DNA of 58,190 bases. Origin: Mobula birostris (lineage: Eukaryota). The position numbers and the translations under genes were made by a program. Where the stretch lies: the NCBI RefSeq assembly GCF_030028105.1, contig NC_092376.1, positions 175,648,143 through 175,706,332 on the forward strand, read 5' to 3'. This document shows, piece by piece, positions 1-11,862 of the stretch. Each line of letters opens with the position of its first letter. The stretch's first letter is position 1. The notes under the pieces were generated by a model. The model saw nothing but the letters and a program-made list of their open reading frames with translations, was not told the DNA's origin and made no database searches.

Positions 1-1510
1 CAATTCATTCAAAACCTGCATAATGAAATCACCCATGACTACCATAACATTACCCTTTTGACACATATTTTCTACCTCGCATTGTAATTTGTAGACTACA
101 TCCTGCCTACTGTTTGGATGTCTGTATATATCTCCTGTACACCTTCAGTCCTGTATCCATTACCCTTGCACCTTTGTCTCCGTTACACTGCAATTCATTC
201 CACTGACTACGATTTTGCCTCATCATCTTCCCATCCTTGCTGACAGTCTCACTACATACCGCATCGACTTGTAAACCAACTGCCCCATCTCCAGCCTTAA
301 AACTACAGGTCCCATCCCCTTGCTAAATTAGTTTAAACCCTCCCCAACACCAGCCCACAAGGACACTGGAACCCCTTGGGTTCAGGTGTAAGCCGTCCCT
401 TTTGTACAGGTCATACCTTCCCCAGAAGAGATCCCAATGATCCATAAATCTGAACACCTGCCCCCTCCTACACCAGTTTCTCACCCTCACATTCACCTGC
501 TAAATCATCCTATTCTTCCCCTCACTGGTGCATGGCACAGGCAGCAAGCCAGAGATTACTATCCTGGAGGTCTTGCTTTTCAGCTTTCTACCTTGCTGCC
601 AAAATTCTCTCTTCAGGACCCCCTCCCTTTTGCAAGCTATGTCATTGGTGCTAGTACGCACCAAGACTCCTGGCTGCTCACACTTTCCCTTTATAATGCC
701 ATGGACAGGATCTGAGACATCCCTGACCCTGGCCCTGGGAGGCAACGTGCTACATAAGGGTCTCTATCACATCTACAGAGTCTCGTGTTTACTCTTCTAG
801 CTATGGAATCCCTTATCACTACTGCAGTCCACTTCTCCCTGTTCCTTTCTGAGCCACAGAGCTGGATCCAGTAGCAGAGACGCGGTCGCTGCAGCTTTCC
901 CCTGGTTGGCCAGCACCCTCCACCACCATCAACAGTATTCAAAAGAGTCTACTTATTATTGAGGGAAATGGCCACTGGGCCACTCTGCACCAGTTGCCCA
1001 TTTCCATTCCCTTTCCTGACATTCACCCAAGTACCTGCCTCCTGCGACTCCTGACTACCCCCCCCCGTAGCTCCTATCTCTCACCTGCTCAATCTCTCCT
1101 CTGAGCCAAAGTTCATCGAGCTACAGCTCCAGTTCCTTAACACGTTCTCAGAGCAGCTGTGGCTTGGTGCACCTGTGCAGATTGGTTATCCGGGAGGCTG
1201 GAGATCTCCCAGAATCCCCACATCTCACACAAAGAACACAACACAGCCCTTGGAACCATTCTCACTGCTCTAACTATGCGCTAACAGTTAAAGAATGAAG
1301 AATGAAGAAGAAAAAAAACTTCTTGTACATCACCCAAGCCTGTTCTCACTGAAGCCTGATGAGCCAAAGCCTCCTCACTCTAACAGTGCTCCACTCCAAT
1401 AATGGCCACTCCACTTGCTGCTGCCTGATTTTTATTTGCTCTTGGTAATAAATTGCTGTTTGATTGGGCCGCTGGAAATGCCAAAAACTCGCGAACACGC
1501 CTTTTTAAAA
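1..1510 (-). mobile_element. CR1 LINE 5' part (ORF1 esterase region and endonuclease fragment), decayed
   Basis: ORF1 motifs PRARVRDV..TNDI..ISGLLPVP and the APE motif VMGDF on the minus strand. Confidence 0.85.
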
Positions 1511-2871
1511 TCTCACTCAGGGATTTGAGTGTTGACTCCTATTTCTCTCTTGATTTGATTGAGTCACCACAAAAAAATAATTTGTTGCTGTTAAATGGCA
1601 GTTTATCTTTTTATATCTGGGGCAGCCATTTAATTGGACCCAAATGTACCTGACCTGATGTGCTCCAATTAACCGGAATTCCCTGTATTTGAAAAGACAC
1701 TTGGATAGAAAAGGTTTGGGCAGGCGTCCCAACCTTTCATTTGCCATGGACCAATACCATTAAGCAAGGAGTCCAGATTGGGAACCCCCGGTTTAGAGGG
1801 ATGTGGGCCAAACATGAGCAAGTGGGACTACCTTAACTAGGCATCTTGGTCAGCATGGGTGAGTTGGGCTGAAGGGCCTTTTTCTGAGACTGAATTACTC
1901 CTAATGTCACTATGTTACTGCTTCAGAGCTCGTGAACTGCCATAGCATCATACTCTAGAACAACCCGCATTCCCTACATGACGGCTCCTATTCTGGTGTT
2001 ATCAGACTCTTGAGCAGAACTCTAAGATAGACTCTTAGCCTCACAGTCTACCACGCCATGACCTTGCATCTTATTGTCTGCCTGCACTGCACTTTCTCTG
2101 TAACCTGTAACACTTTATCCTTCATTCTGTTATTGTTTTACCTTGTACTGATCTGTGTGGATGGTATGAAATGTCTTCACTCTACCCAAGTACATGTGGC
2201 AATAAGAAACCATTTACCACTCATGAGACCATAGGAACATAAGCCATGGGAGCAGAACTAGGCTATTCAGCCCATCAAGTCACCCCCCCCATTCCAAGGA
2301 TGATTTATTATCCCTCTCAACACCATTCTCATGTCTTTTTTCAATTACTTTTGACACCCTGATTAATCAAGAACCTACCAACTTCCTCTTTAAATATACT
2401 CAACGACCTGGCCTCCACAGATTCACCACCCTCTGGCTAAAGAAATTCCTCCTCATCTCTGATCTAAATGGACGTACCTCTATTCTGAGGCTTTGCCATC
2501 TGGTCCTAGACTCCTCCACTATCGGAAACATTCTCTCTGTGTCCACTCTGTCCAGGCCTTTCAATTAGTTTTGTGATTTGCACAATGGAATTATTTCTGC
2601 AGATTGCTCTACAGGGCACCATATAACTGTAGCTGAGATTTCCTTTGTCAGACATTGTTCATTTAAAAAAAACAAGAACAAAAATGATTTTGACCAGTTT
2701 TATTTCACCATTTAGCCATTTGGATCATTTTAACTTCCCCGATATAAAGAGCCACCCTGATCTTTAACAGTGCAGGACTCAACAGCACTCCTGAAGATGA
2801 AGCCAACAATGGCCGACTGCAGTCCTCGACGTCTTATCATCGCACTCTTCACAGAGCCCTGCCCCCATCCC

Positions 2872-3028
2872 CCCAGCAACTGATTACACAACATGCTCAA
2901 CCTTCAACCTATTGGTGAAAAAAATAGATGCCTAACTTCTGATTGGTTGACATTGGAGACACTGATTACACAACATGCTCACTCTTGAACCTATTGGTGA
3001 AAAAAAAGGGCTCCTAACTCCTGATTGG
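2872..3028 (+). promoter_or_regulatory. X-box-like site plus five ATTGG (CCAAT) boxes in an 82-bp tandem duplication
   Basis: CCCAGCAACTGATT at 2872-2885; ATTGG at 2911, 2942, 2952, 2993 and 3024; the unit starting at 2880 recurs at 2962. Confidence 0.5.
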
Positions 3029-3548
3029 GTGACACTTGCACCAAAGAGCCATGACAGCAGGGATTTATTTTTGAGTTTGGCTGGTGATGCATGAAGTTAT
3101 CAGCTCTGACTGTTGGAACTTGAGGTGAAATGCCAGGTCGCCCAATCTTGAAGCTGCACGCATCTGTCCAAAGTAGACTTGTTCAATGCCACAGCACTTT
3201 GCCTTACACAGACACAAACACATATCACACACACAACCTGTACACTTAACAACTGATACCAAGTTTAATAGTCCTTTGTGATAAGCTGGATGTTCAATTC
3301 TCAGCCAATTTCAACTGTCTCCACAACCCAAAGAAAATCAAAATTAAAGCCATTTCCTTTATTGCAAAATAATCTCCCCAAGCGGTAGTTAGCGATTACC
3401 AGATATTAAATGAGATCTAGAAGCAATATTACTATTTAGCAAATTAATTATAGGTAGTTCTAACTTCAAACAAAATGGTAAGTAATAACACCAACGCAGT
3501 TGTTTTGTAGAGAATCTTAAACTGTTCCCCTATGATTTACTCTGCCCC

Positions 3549-3960
3549 TCATGAGAAGCCACCAAAGGGAGGTGATGAGCAGGTGAGGAAAAGAGAAGGG
3601 TGGGTGGGGGAAGGGGGGGTGAAGTAAGAAGCTGGGAGGTGATAGGTAGAAGAGGTAAAGAGCTGAAGAAGGAATCTGATAGGAGAGGAGAGAGGACCAT
3701 GTGAAAAAGGGAGGGAAAAGGGGAACCAGAGGGAGATGATGGTCAGGGCATGTGAGGAGAAGGGAAGGGGTGAGAGGAATCCAGTATGGGGAATGGAAAA
3801 AAAACAGAAGGGGAAGCAGAGAGAAATCAATGGAATTTGGAGAAATCGATGTTCATGCCATCAGGTTGGAGGCATTTCAATCACTGAGGCACAGTCTGAC
3901 TCTTCTACTTCTAAGAGAAAAAAATTCTTGTGGATGAATCTTAAGCAAATAAGGAAATGA
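3549..3960 (-). mobile_element. Penelope-derived dispersed repeat fragment
   Basis: gaagtaagaagctgggaggtgatagg-type block, seen in many copies and associated with the Penelope RT fragment and hammerhead motifs. Confidence 0.6.
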
Positions 3961-4382
3961 ATCTACTGGCTACAAGTCAGATATCAACAGTTATCAGTCA
4001 AATCTGATGTTAATAAAAGAATCAATCTATGCAATTAATGTTTGTCTGGGGAGTAAAGCTGGTCTAGATGACCCCATCCAACGCTGCGGCTTCCTTAAGC
4101 TTTAAAAACTGTAAGAGATGAGAAAAACACGTTTCAGTTTGGAAATTATCATGAGGAATTTGGTTCTACAATTCCTTTATCTTTGAATATTTGCAATACA
4201 GAGCTGGACAGGTTCTTAATAAGCAAAGAGCTCAGGAGGTTACTGGACACAGGCAAGAATTTTTTACGTTTAGATTTAGGTTATGCAGGGTGATTTGATC
4301 AGCCAGTATATCACAAGCACACAGAACAGGAGCAAGAGCCAGCCATTCGGCCCCACTGCCCTGCTCCTCTCCAGAGTGTTTG

Positions 4383-4388
4383 TTTAAT
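4383..4388 (-). terminator. Candidate polyadenylation signal ATTAAA
   Basis: Plus-strand TTTAAT downstream of the putative last exon, just before repeat sequence resumes. Confidence 0.4.
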
Positions 4389-4520
4389 CAATATTGGTTC
4401 TCCCTGCAACGCCACATCTGGAAGCAGCAGTTGTGAGAGACAAGGAGCGCAGGCACACGTAACATTACACTGGTGGATGTCCGCCAAACACTTAAGAGAC
4501 TTTTGACAATCCATCCACGC

Positions 4521-4575
4521 TCAGGAGAGCAGCAAGCACGGAGAGCTTGCTGCTTTAAGCTCAAGAAACATTTGG
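4521..4575 (-). CDS. CD74: Probable CD74 terminal coding exon (S)QMFLELKAASSPCLLLS*
   Basis: Strong acceptor tttgcctgtccttcctcag and an ATTAAA signal ~130 nt past the stop. The frame depends on the uncertain previous exon. Confidence 0.45.
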
Positions 4576-4720
4576 CTGAGGAAGGACAGGCAAATTTAAT
4601 TAGAGGATTAGGGAAGCGAGAGGCTGGGTAGTTTAGTCAGACAAAGCAGCTATTTCTGTACTGGACATCAAAGGACACTCCATGTTACTCATGTGTCCAA
4701 GCCTAAAGTGCTTGACTCAC

Positions 4721-4754
4721 CTGGGTTTAGGAAGCCGAAAGGTGGAAAGAGAGT
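4721..4754 (-). CDS. CD74: Probable CD74 penultimate exon (Y/D)SLSTFRLPKP
   Basis: Perfect donor CAG|gtgagt at 4720. The acceptor at 4755 gives an open phase-1 frame starting xSL, like human exon 7 (ESL). The alternative acceptor at 4765 has a better pyrimidine tract but gives an immediate stop. Confidence 0.5.
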
Positions 4755-5359
4755 CTAATTTAAGCTAAGAGACAGGAAAGAACACACTGAAGGATCCAAT
4801 GACTTAGAAAACTGGTCCAGAATGAATGAATCGAGCTACGAGATGACTCACGGAGAACCCTTCAGGTCAGAGAGGAGGGCAGAGCAGAGGGAACTGTCCG
4901 TGTGTGGTGGGTGAGAGTGAGTGAGGGAGGGGGTTTGTTTTGCTGCTGTTTTGTTTTGTTGCTGGTTGTGTTCTCTGTTGTTCCGCCGAACGTTGTGGAC
5001 TCGCCGTGTGGGTGCCGGAATGTGTGCTGACACTTGCCGGCTGCCCCCAGCACAGCGTTAGGTTGCGATGGTTGTTGGCACAAACCATAAGACACAGGAG
5101 CTGAATTAGGCCATTTGGCCTAACCACTACATCCTGGCTGATTTATCATCCCTCTGAACCCCACCCTCCTGCCTTCTCCCCGTAACCTTCGACACCCCGA
5201 CTAATCAAATACCCGTCAGCCTCTGCTTTAAAGATACCCAAATAACACAGCCGTCCATGGCAATGAATTCCACAGATTCACCCCCCCCCCAGGCTAAAGG
5301 AATTCCTCCTCACCTCTGCTCTGTGTGGATGTCTCTCTATCCCGAGGCTGTGCCCCCTA

Positions 5360-6640
5360 ATGCCAGAATCTATTGATTCTTGAAAGATCATCGTTAATGC
5401 CTCTGCAATCTCTCCAGCTACTTCCTTCCAAACCCATCAAATCCAGGAGATGCATCCACCCTCAGACCATTCAGCTTCCTGAGCACCTTCTCAGTGGTAA
5501 TTTTCACCGCACAAACTTCACTTCCCTGACACTCTTGAATGTCCGGTATACTGCAGATGTCTTCCATTGTGAAGACTGATGCAAAATACACATTCAGTTC
5601 CTCTGCCAACTCTGCATCTCTCATTACAATATCTCCAGCGTTATTTTGTATTGGTCCTATATCTACCCTTGACTCTCTTTTATATACTTAAAAAGGCTTT
5701 TAGTCTCTTCTTTGATATTAGTCACCTGCTTCCTCTCATAATTCATCTTTTCCTTCCGAATGACCTTCTTAGTCTCCTTCTGCACATTTTTAAAAGCTCC
5801 CCAATCCTCTGTTTCCCACTAGCTTTGGCTTCCTTGTATGCCCTCTCTTTTGCTTTTACTTTGGCTCTGACTTCACTTGTCAGCCACGGTAGTGTCCTTC
5901 TTCCCTTTGAAAATTTCTTCTTATTTGGAATATATATTTTCAGCAGAAACTCCAGCCATTGCTGCTCTGCTGCCTTTCCTGCAAATGTCCCTTTCCAGTC
6001 AACTTCGGCCAGTTCCCCTCTCAAGCCATTGTCATTTCCTTTATTCCACTGAAATACCAACACATTGGATTTTATTTTTGCCCTCTCAAATTTCAATGTA
6101 AACTCGCTCATATTGTGATCAGTATTCCCTAAGGGTTCCGTAACCTTAAGCTCTCTTATCACCTCCAGATCATTGCACAACACCCAGTCAAACACAGCTG
6201 ATCCCCTAGTGGGCTCAACAACAAGCTGTTCTAAAAAAGCCATCCCTTAGACATTCTACAAATTCTCTCTCGAGATCCAGTACTGATCTGGTTTTCCCAA
6301 TCCATTTTCATGTTAAAATCCCCAACGATTATCATAACATTGTCTTTCTGACACGCCTTTTCTATCTCCTGCTGTAATTTGTAATCCTCATCACGTGTAT
6401 GTATAATTCTGGATTTCCAGCATCTGCATAATCTCTTGTGTTTATAAGTCTCTATAAGGTCACACCTTGGGCTCATACAGTCCAGGGTATCTGGTTTCTT
6501 CTTATAACTCAAAACCTTCCATCCAGATAACATCCCTGAGTGAAGGTTGGTGGTGTGGACAGTGTTGATACGGGACATTGATACGATGCAGAGCTGGACT
6601 GAAAAGTGGCAGATGGAGATCAGCCTGGAAAAAGTGTGTA
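5360..6640 (-). mobile_element. CR1 LINE ORF2 fragments
   Basis: FLEQLVVEPTRG..DHNM endonuclease end, IIVGDFNM, and the DLIETYK C-terminal motif. Confidence 0.88.
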
Positions 6641-6809
6641 ATGTTGGTTGTTGATGCAAACAACACATTTCACTCTATGTTTCGTTGTCCGTGTGTTAAA
6701 TAAATGAACCTGAATCTGAAAGAATCCGATACATTTGGAGGTCAAAGATAATTTAAATAGCGTTCCGCAGAGTGATATATGATAGGTCAATTGGGTGATG
6801 GGAAAGAGA

Positions 6810-7075
6810 GTCCATGGGCTATGGGAGGGTTTCAGCTGGTAGGGAGAGGATTCAGTTGGTGGGGAATGTCCTGGGCTTAGGAAGGGGATTCAGTGGGTGG
6901 AGAGAGTCTGTGATGAGGAAGGGTTTCCATGGGATGTGGGAGGTGATTCAGTGGGTGGGGGGGGGGGCGGGAGAGTGTCTGTGGACTGTGACAGGGGATG
7001 CAGTGGGTGGAAAGAGTCTGTGATGGGGAAGGGTTTCCATGGGCTGTGGGAGGGATTCAGTCACTGGGTTGAGGG
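6810..7075. repeat. Imperfect GT/purine-rich minisatellite in the intron after the Tg exon
   Basis: Recurrent blocks attcagtgggtgg, gagagtctgtgatg and aagggtttccatggg. Confidence 0.6.
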
Positions 7076-7146
7076 TTGAAGGGTGAAGCAGGGTCTTGGG
7101 GACCACATCCATACTGAACAAGCAGATGAAGAAAGCTGAAGCCTAC

Positions 7147-7344
7147 ATTTGCAACTATCCAGGGGTTTTCGAGTTGCGGTTCCCTCAATCTTAGTCCCAT
7201 TTGGATAGGTGCACCAGCAGAATCCCGTACTGGGCCAACACTGCTTCGGTTCAAAGTCCCCATCCTGGTCACAGCTGGGACGGAAACTGCCAGGAATCAT
7301 CTTCTCCCTGCGCTGCCTCTCACAGTCAGTCTCTGGTCTCTTGG
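7147..7344 (-). CDS. CD74: CD74 thyroglobulin type-1 exon (p41-type): KRPETDCERQRREKMIPGSFRPSCDQDGDFEPKQCWPSTGFCWCTYPNGTKIEGTATRKPLDSCK
   Basis: 198 nt, symmetrical phase 1-1; acceptor ttttcccctgcgcag, donor gtaggc. Six Cys, PGSFRP, QC and CWC motifs and an NGT sequon, as in human exon 6b. Confidence 0.96.
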
Positions 7345-7486
7345 CTGCGCAGGGGAAAATAACGATGGCATCAAAGGGCGTCCTTTGTCAGGCAGCTCTG
7401 TCTGTACCTTTGCCACCCTCAGCACCTCAACGTCCTCAGCCTCCTTCCTAACAGTCAGAAGAACAGACAGCAGATTCCACGGACAT

Positions 7487-10160
7487 GAATGGGACACCTG
7501 AATGATATGCTGTCTCCCAGGTGCCAGGGTCAGGGATGTCTCGGATCACATCCACAGCATTTTGGAGGGGGTAGGAAAGCAGCCAGATGCCTTGGTACAT
7601 ACTGGTACCAATGACATAAGAAGGAAAAGCAATGAGGTCCTGAAGAGAGAATTTAGAGAGTGAGGAAGAAAGCTGAGAAGCAGGACCTCCAGGGTAGTGA
7701 TTTCTGGATTGTTACCTGTGCCACGTGCCAGTGAGGGTAGAAACAGGATGGTTTGGCAGATTAATGCATGGCTGAGAAGCTGGTGCAGGGGGCAGGGCTT
7801 CAGGTTCTTGGATCATTGGGATCTTTCCTAGGGGAGGTAGGACCTGTTCAAAAGGGATGGGTTGCACCTGAACTCGAGAGGGATCAATATTCCTCTGCAC
7901 AGATTTGTTAGAGCTGTTGGGAAGGTTTTAAACTAATTTGGCAGGGGGTTGGGAACCGGAGTGAAGGGACTCAGGATAGGACGGATGGTAAAAAAGCAAA
8001 GATAGCGTGCAACCAGACTGTCAGGAAGGGCAGGCAGATGATAGGACAAAACTGCAGTCAGCAGGGTATCAGTGTGTTAAGGATGCAGAATCAAAAAGGA
8101 TAGCAAATACGCTACTTGAAGTGTTATAACTCAATGCCCGGAGAATAAGAAATAAAGTGGATGATCTTCTCGCACTTTCACAGATTGCCAGGTATGATGT
8201 TGCGGCCATCACTGAATCACGGCTGAAGGATGGTTGTAGCTGGGAGTTGAATGTCCAAGGTTGCATGATACATTGGAGGCACAGGAAGGTAGGCAGAGGT
8301 AGTGGTGTGGCTCTGCTAGTAAAGAATGGCGTCAAATCATTAGAAAGATGTGACATAGGATCAGAAGATGTTGAATCCTTGTGGTTGAGTTAAGAAACTG
8401 TAAGGGTAAAAGGACCCTGATGGTAGTTATATACAAGCATTCCAACAGTAGATGGGATGTGAACCAGAAATTACAATAGCAAATAGAAAAGGTGTGTCAA
8501 AAGGGCAAGGTTATGATAGTCATGGAAGATTGGAACATGCAGGTCGATTAGGAAAATTAGGCTGGTAATGAATTTCAAGAGAGTGAATTTGTTCAATGCC
8601 TATGAGGTGGCTTTTTAGAGCAGTTTGTTGATCCCCAACTAGGGGATCAGCTATACTGGATTGGGTGTTATGCAATGAACCAGAGGTGATTTGGGAGCTT
8701 AAGGTAAAGGAAGCCTTAGGAGACAGTGATCACAATAAGATTAAGTTCAATTTGAAATTTGATAGGGAGAAGGCAAAGTCTGACGTAGCAGTATTTCAGT
8801 GGAGTAAAGGACATTACAGTGGTATGAGAGAGGAATTGGCCAAAGTAAATTGGAAGGAGATGCTGGCAGGGATGACAGCAGAGCAGCAATGGTGTGAGTT
8901 TCTGGGAAAAATGAGGAAGGTGCAGGATAGATGTATTCCAAAAACAAAGAAATACTCAATTGGCAAAATAGTACAACCATGGCTGACAAGGGAAGTCAAA
9001 GCCAATGTAAAAGCAAAAGAGAGGCAATACAACAATGCAAAAATTAGTGGGAAGATAGAGGATTGGGGAGCTTTTAAAACCCTACAGAAAGGAACTAAAA
9101 GAATCATTAGGAGGGAAAAGATGAAATATGAAAGCAAGCAATAGCAAACAATAACAAGGTGGATCAAAAAAGCTTTATCAAAACATAAAAGAGACATGAG
9201 AGTGGATATAGGACTGCTAGAAAATGAGGCAGGAGAAATAATAACAGGGGACAAGAAGATGGCTGGTAAACTAAATGAGTATTTTGCATCAGTCTTCACT
9301 GTGGAAGATACTAGCAGTGTGACAGGTGTTGAAGGGTGTGAGGGAAGAGAAGTGAGTGTAGTTACTATCACAAGGGAAAAGGTGATCAAAAAGCTGAAAG
9401 ACCTAAAGATACATAAGTCACCTGGACTAGATGAACTGCACCCTAGGGTTTTGAAATAGGTAATGGTAGAGATTGTGGAGGCATTAGTGATGATCTATCA
9501 AGAATCATTGGACTCTGGCATGGTTCCAGAGGATTGAAAAAATTGCAAAGGTCACTCCACTCTTTAAGAAAGGATGGAGGCAGCAGAAAGGAACTTATAG
9601 ACCAGTTATCCTGACCTCAGTGGTTGGGAAGATGCTGGAGTCAATTTTTAAGGATTAGATTATGGAGTACCTAGTGACACAGGACAAGATAGGAAAAGTC
9701 AGCATGGTTTCTTTAAGGGAAAATCTTGCCTGACAAAACCGTTGTAATTCTTTGAGAAGATTACAAGTAGAATAGATAAGGGGGATACAGTGGATGTTGT
9801 CTATTTGGATTTTCAGAAAGCCTTTGACAAGGTGCCACACGAGGCTGCTTGCCAAGTTATGAGCCCATGGTATTACAGGAAAGTTACTAGTATGGTTAGA
9901 ATATTGGCTGATTAGTAAGAGGTAATGAGTGGGATTAAAATGATCCTTTTCTGGTTGGTTTTCTGGAATTTGTTACCACAAGCAGTGTGGAGGACAAATC
10001 ATTGGGAGCATTTAAGGCGGAGATTGAAAATTTCTTTATTGGCCACAGCATCAAAGGTTATGAGGAGAAGGCTGAGGAGGGAAAATAATGAATCAGCTAT
10101 GACTGAATGGTACAGCAGACCTGATGGGCCAAATAGCCTAATTCTGCTCCTATGTTATGG
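7487..10160 (+). mobile_element. CR1 LINE, decayed, internally deleted (ORF1 esterase, APE, RT, 3' tail)
   Basis: CLPGARVRDV, AITESRLK, YFASVFT and YLDFQKAFDKVP equivalents with stops and frameshifts; CR1 3' tail. Confidence 0.92.
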
Positions 10161-11229
10161 TCTTCTGGTCTAATCCCCCATCCAATGAACCATCGCCACC
10201 CAGCCTTGTGTTCTTTTCATTGCTACCATCAGGGAGGAGGTACAGGAGACCGAATTCACACACTCAGTGTTTTAGGAACAGCTTCTTCCCTTCCGCCATC
10301 AGAGTTCTGAATGGACAATAAACTCTGCCTGACTAATTTTCTCTCCTTTTCACTTCTTATTTTTTTATTTTTCTGATTGGAACTTATAGTAATTATTGTA
10401 ATTATGGTAATGTATAATTGTGTTATGTATTGCGCTGCACTGCTGCCCCAAATCCCCAAATTTCGCAACATATGTCAGTGATATTAAACCTGATTCTGAT
10501 TCTGACACACGATCCTGCGAAGTAGGAGCAGAGGTCGATCACTAGGACCACAATACTCTAAGATACAGGAGCAGAATTAAGCCATTTGGCCCATTGCGTA
10601 TGCTCTTCGGTTCCATTAGGCTGATTTATTATTCCTCACAACCCTTTTACCCTGCCTTCTCCTTGTAACCTCTGATGCCCCTACCAGATAAGAGTGAGTC
10701 TGAGTTGATTGTCACCCCAGTTCACCAATTCGGTACATCCATGGTAACCTTTCACCTCCTTGCTTATCAAGAATTTACCTACTTTCACCTTGCAAATATG
10801 CAAAGACTCTCTTTCCACTGCCCTTTGACAAAGGGAGTTCCAACGATTTGCGACACAGAGAAAGCATCTCTCCTCAATCCCTTCGACAGGCCAACCCTCA
10901 TTAATTATATCTTCCCGTATCAAGCGTTTATTTATTTCTATTATTTATTTACTTACAGATACAACGTGGAAAGGCCCCTCCAGCCCCATTCCCGCACAGC
11001 CCCCAACAACCCCAATTTAACCCTAACCTTATCACAGGACCATTTCAATGACCAATTAACCAACCCGGTACCGGTACGTCTTTCCACTGTGGGAGGAAAC
11101 CAGAGCACACAGGGACAACCCCACATTCCACTGGGAGGACGTACAGAGACTCCCTACAGAGGACACCAGGACTGAACTCTGAACTCTGGCATGCTAACCA
11201 CTATATTACCATTTCAATTCTAATCCAAG

Positions 11230-11700
11230 AATTTCTCACATCATTTCTTAATGCATATACCTCTTAGATTCCAGTTTCCCCTTTCCCAATCCCATGGTTT
11301 CACAATGCCCTTCCCAATCCTTTTCCAAGTTGAATATGTGTTGCCATAGTATTGTGCTCTGGCTGTTTAATTCTTAGATCAGACTGTTTAAATTATTTTC
11401 TTTGATATTTAACAATTAATTATGTGTTTGTATTTTTAGTTCTTGTAGTGGTTATAGGGATACAAGTCTGGAAACTTCTCTCGGTACTACATTATTTGAA
11501 TAAGTATTATCTCATTGGTTAACTCTTATCTGCAAATTTGATTGAAATGTTCCTTATCTTTGGTTATAAAAATAGCTGACCATGAGGCCAGCACCATCTT
11601 CTTACTCTTAATCTCAGCATTTTAGACCTTAACTTCTGCTCCTGTCACCGCCCATTTCATATTTCCTTAATTCAACTACCGTGAAGATTTGTGCCTCATT
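11230..11700 (-). mobile_element. Possible highly decayed L1/Tx1 fragment
   Basis: Weak resemblance to the L1/Tx1 C-terminal region (EKDWEG-like); many stops. Confidence 0.3.
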
Positions 11701-11754
11701 CCTGACTTCTAAAAGAACCTTGAATGTAAAACGTTAGAATCCATCAATAGCTAC

Positions 11755-11862
11755 CCCTTGTTACAGGCACCAGTTCGGGCATTTCGGTTGCCTTGGGTTG
11801 GTCTGCGGAGAATGGCAGAAGGTGGAGCATTGGCCTCATCGCCATGCTGGACATCTTCCTAC
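11755..11862 (-). CDS. CD74: CD74 extra exon: second CLIP-like segment (G)RKMSSMAMRPMLHLLPFSADQPKATEMPELVP(VTR)
   Basis: Acceptor gtttttgcttcaacag, phase-1 entry in frame with exon 6, gapless similarity to exon 3. The donor is ambiguous: CCT|gtaaca (end 11765, phase 0) or GGG|gtagct (end 11755, phase 1, in frame with the Tg exon). Confidence 0.75.

Noticed and set aside
2750-2840. Possible first exon of a second CD74-like gene (DVEDCSRPLL in one minus frame)
   Set aside because: That frame has stops and no ATG upstream, and no matching TM exon follows within the window.
3065-3262. Cys-rich 65-aa ORF
   Set aside because: The cysteines come from a (GT)n-like tract; no recognizable domain.
7405-7444. 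Purine-rich 40-nt segment with ttag| and AAG|gtacag signals just before the Tg exon
   Set aside because: The phase 0-to-1 frame needed contains two TGA stops. The open frame (KEAEDVEVLRVAK) is phase 2 to 0 and fits no neighbour.
7345-11764. Initial idea that this CD74 lacks the trimerization domain, taking the 11862 exon as the only CLIP
   Set aside because: True exons 3-6 were then found at 21283, 20317, 19188 and 16641, upstream of that exon.
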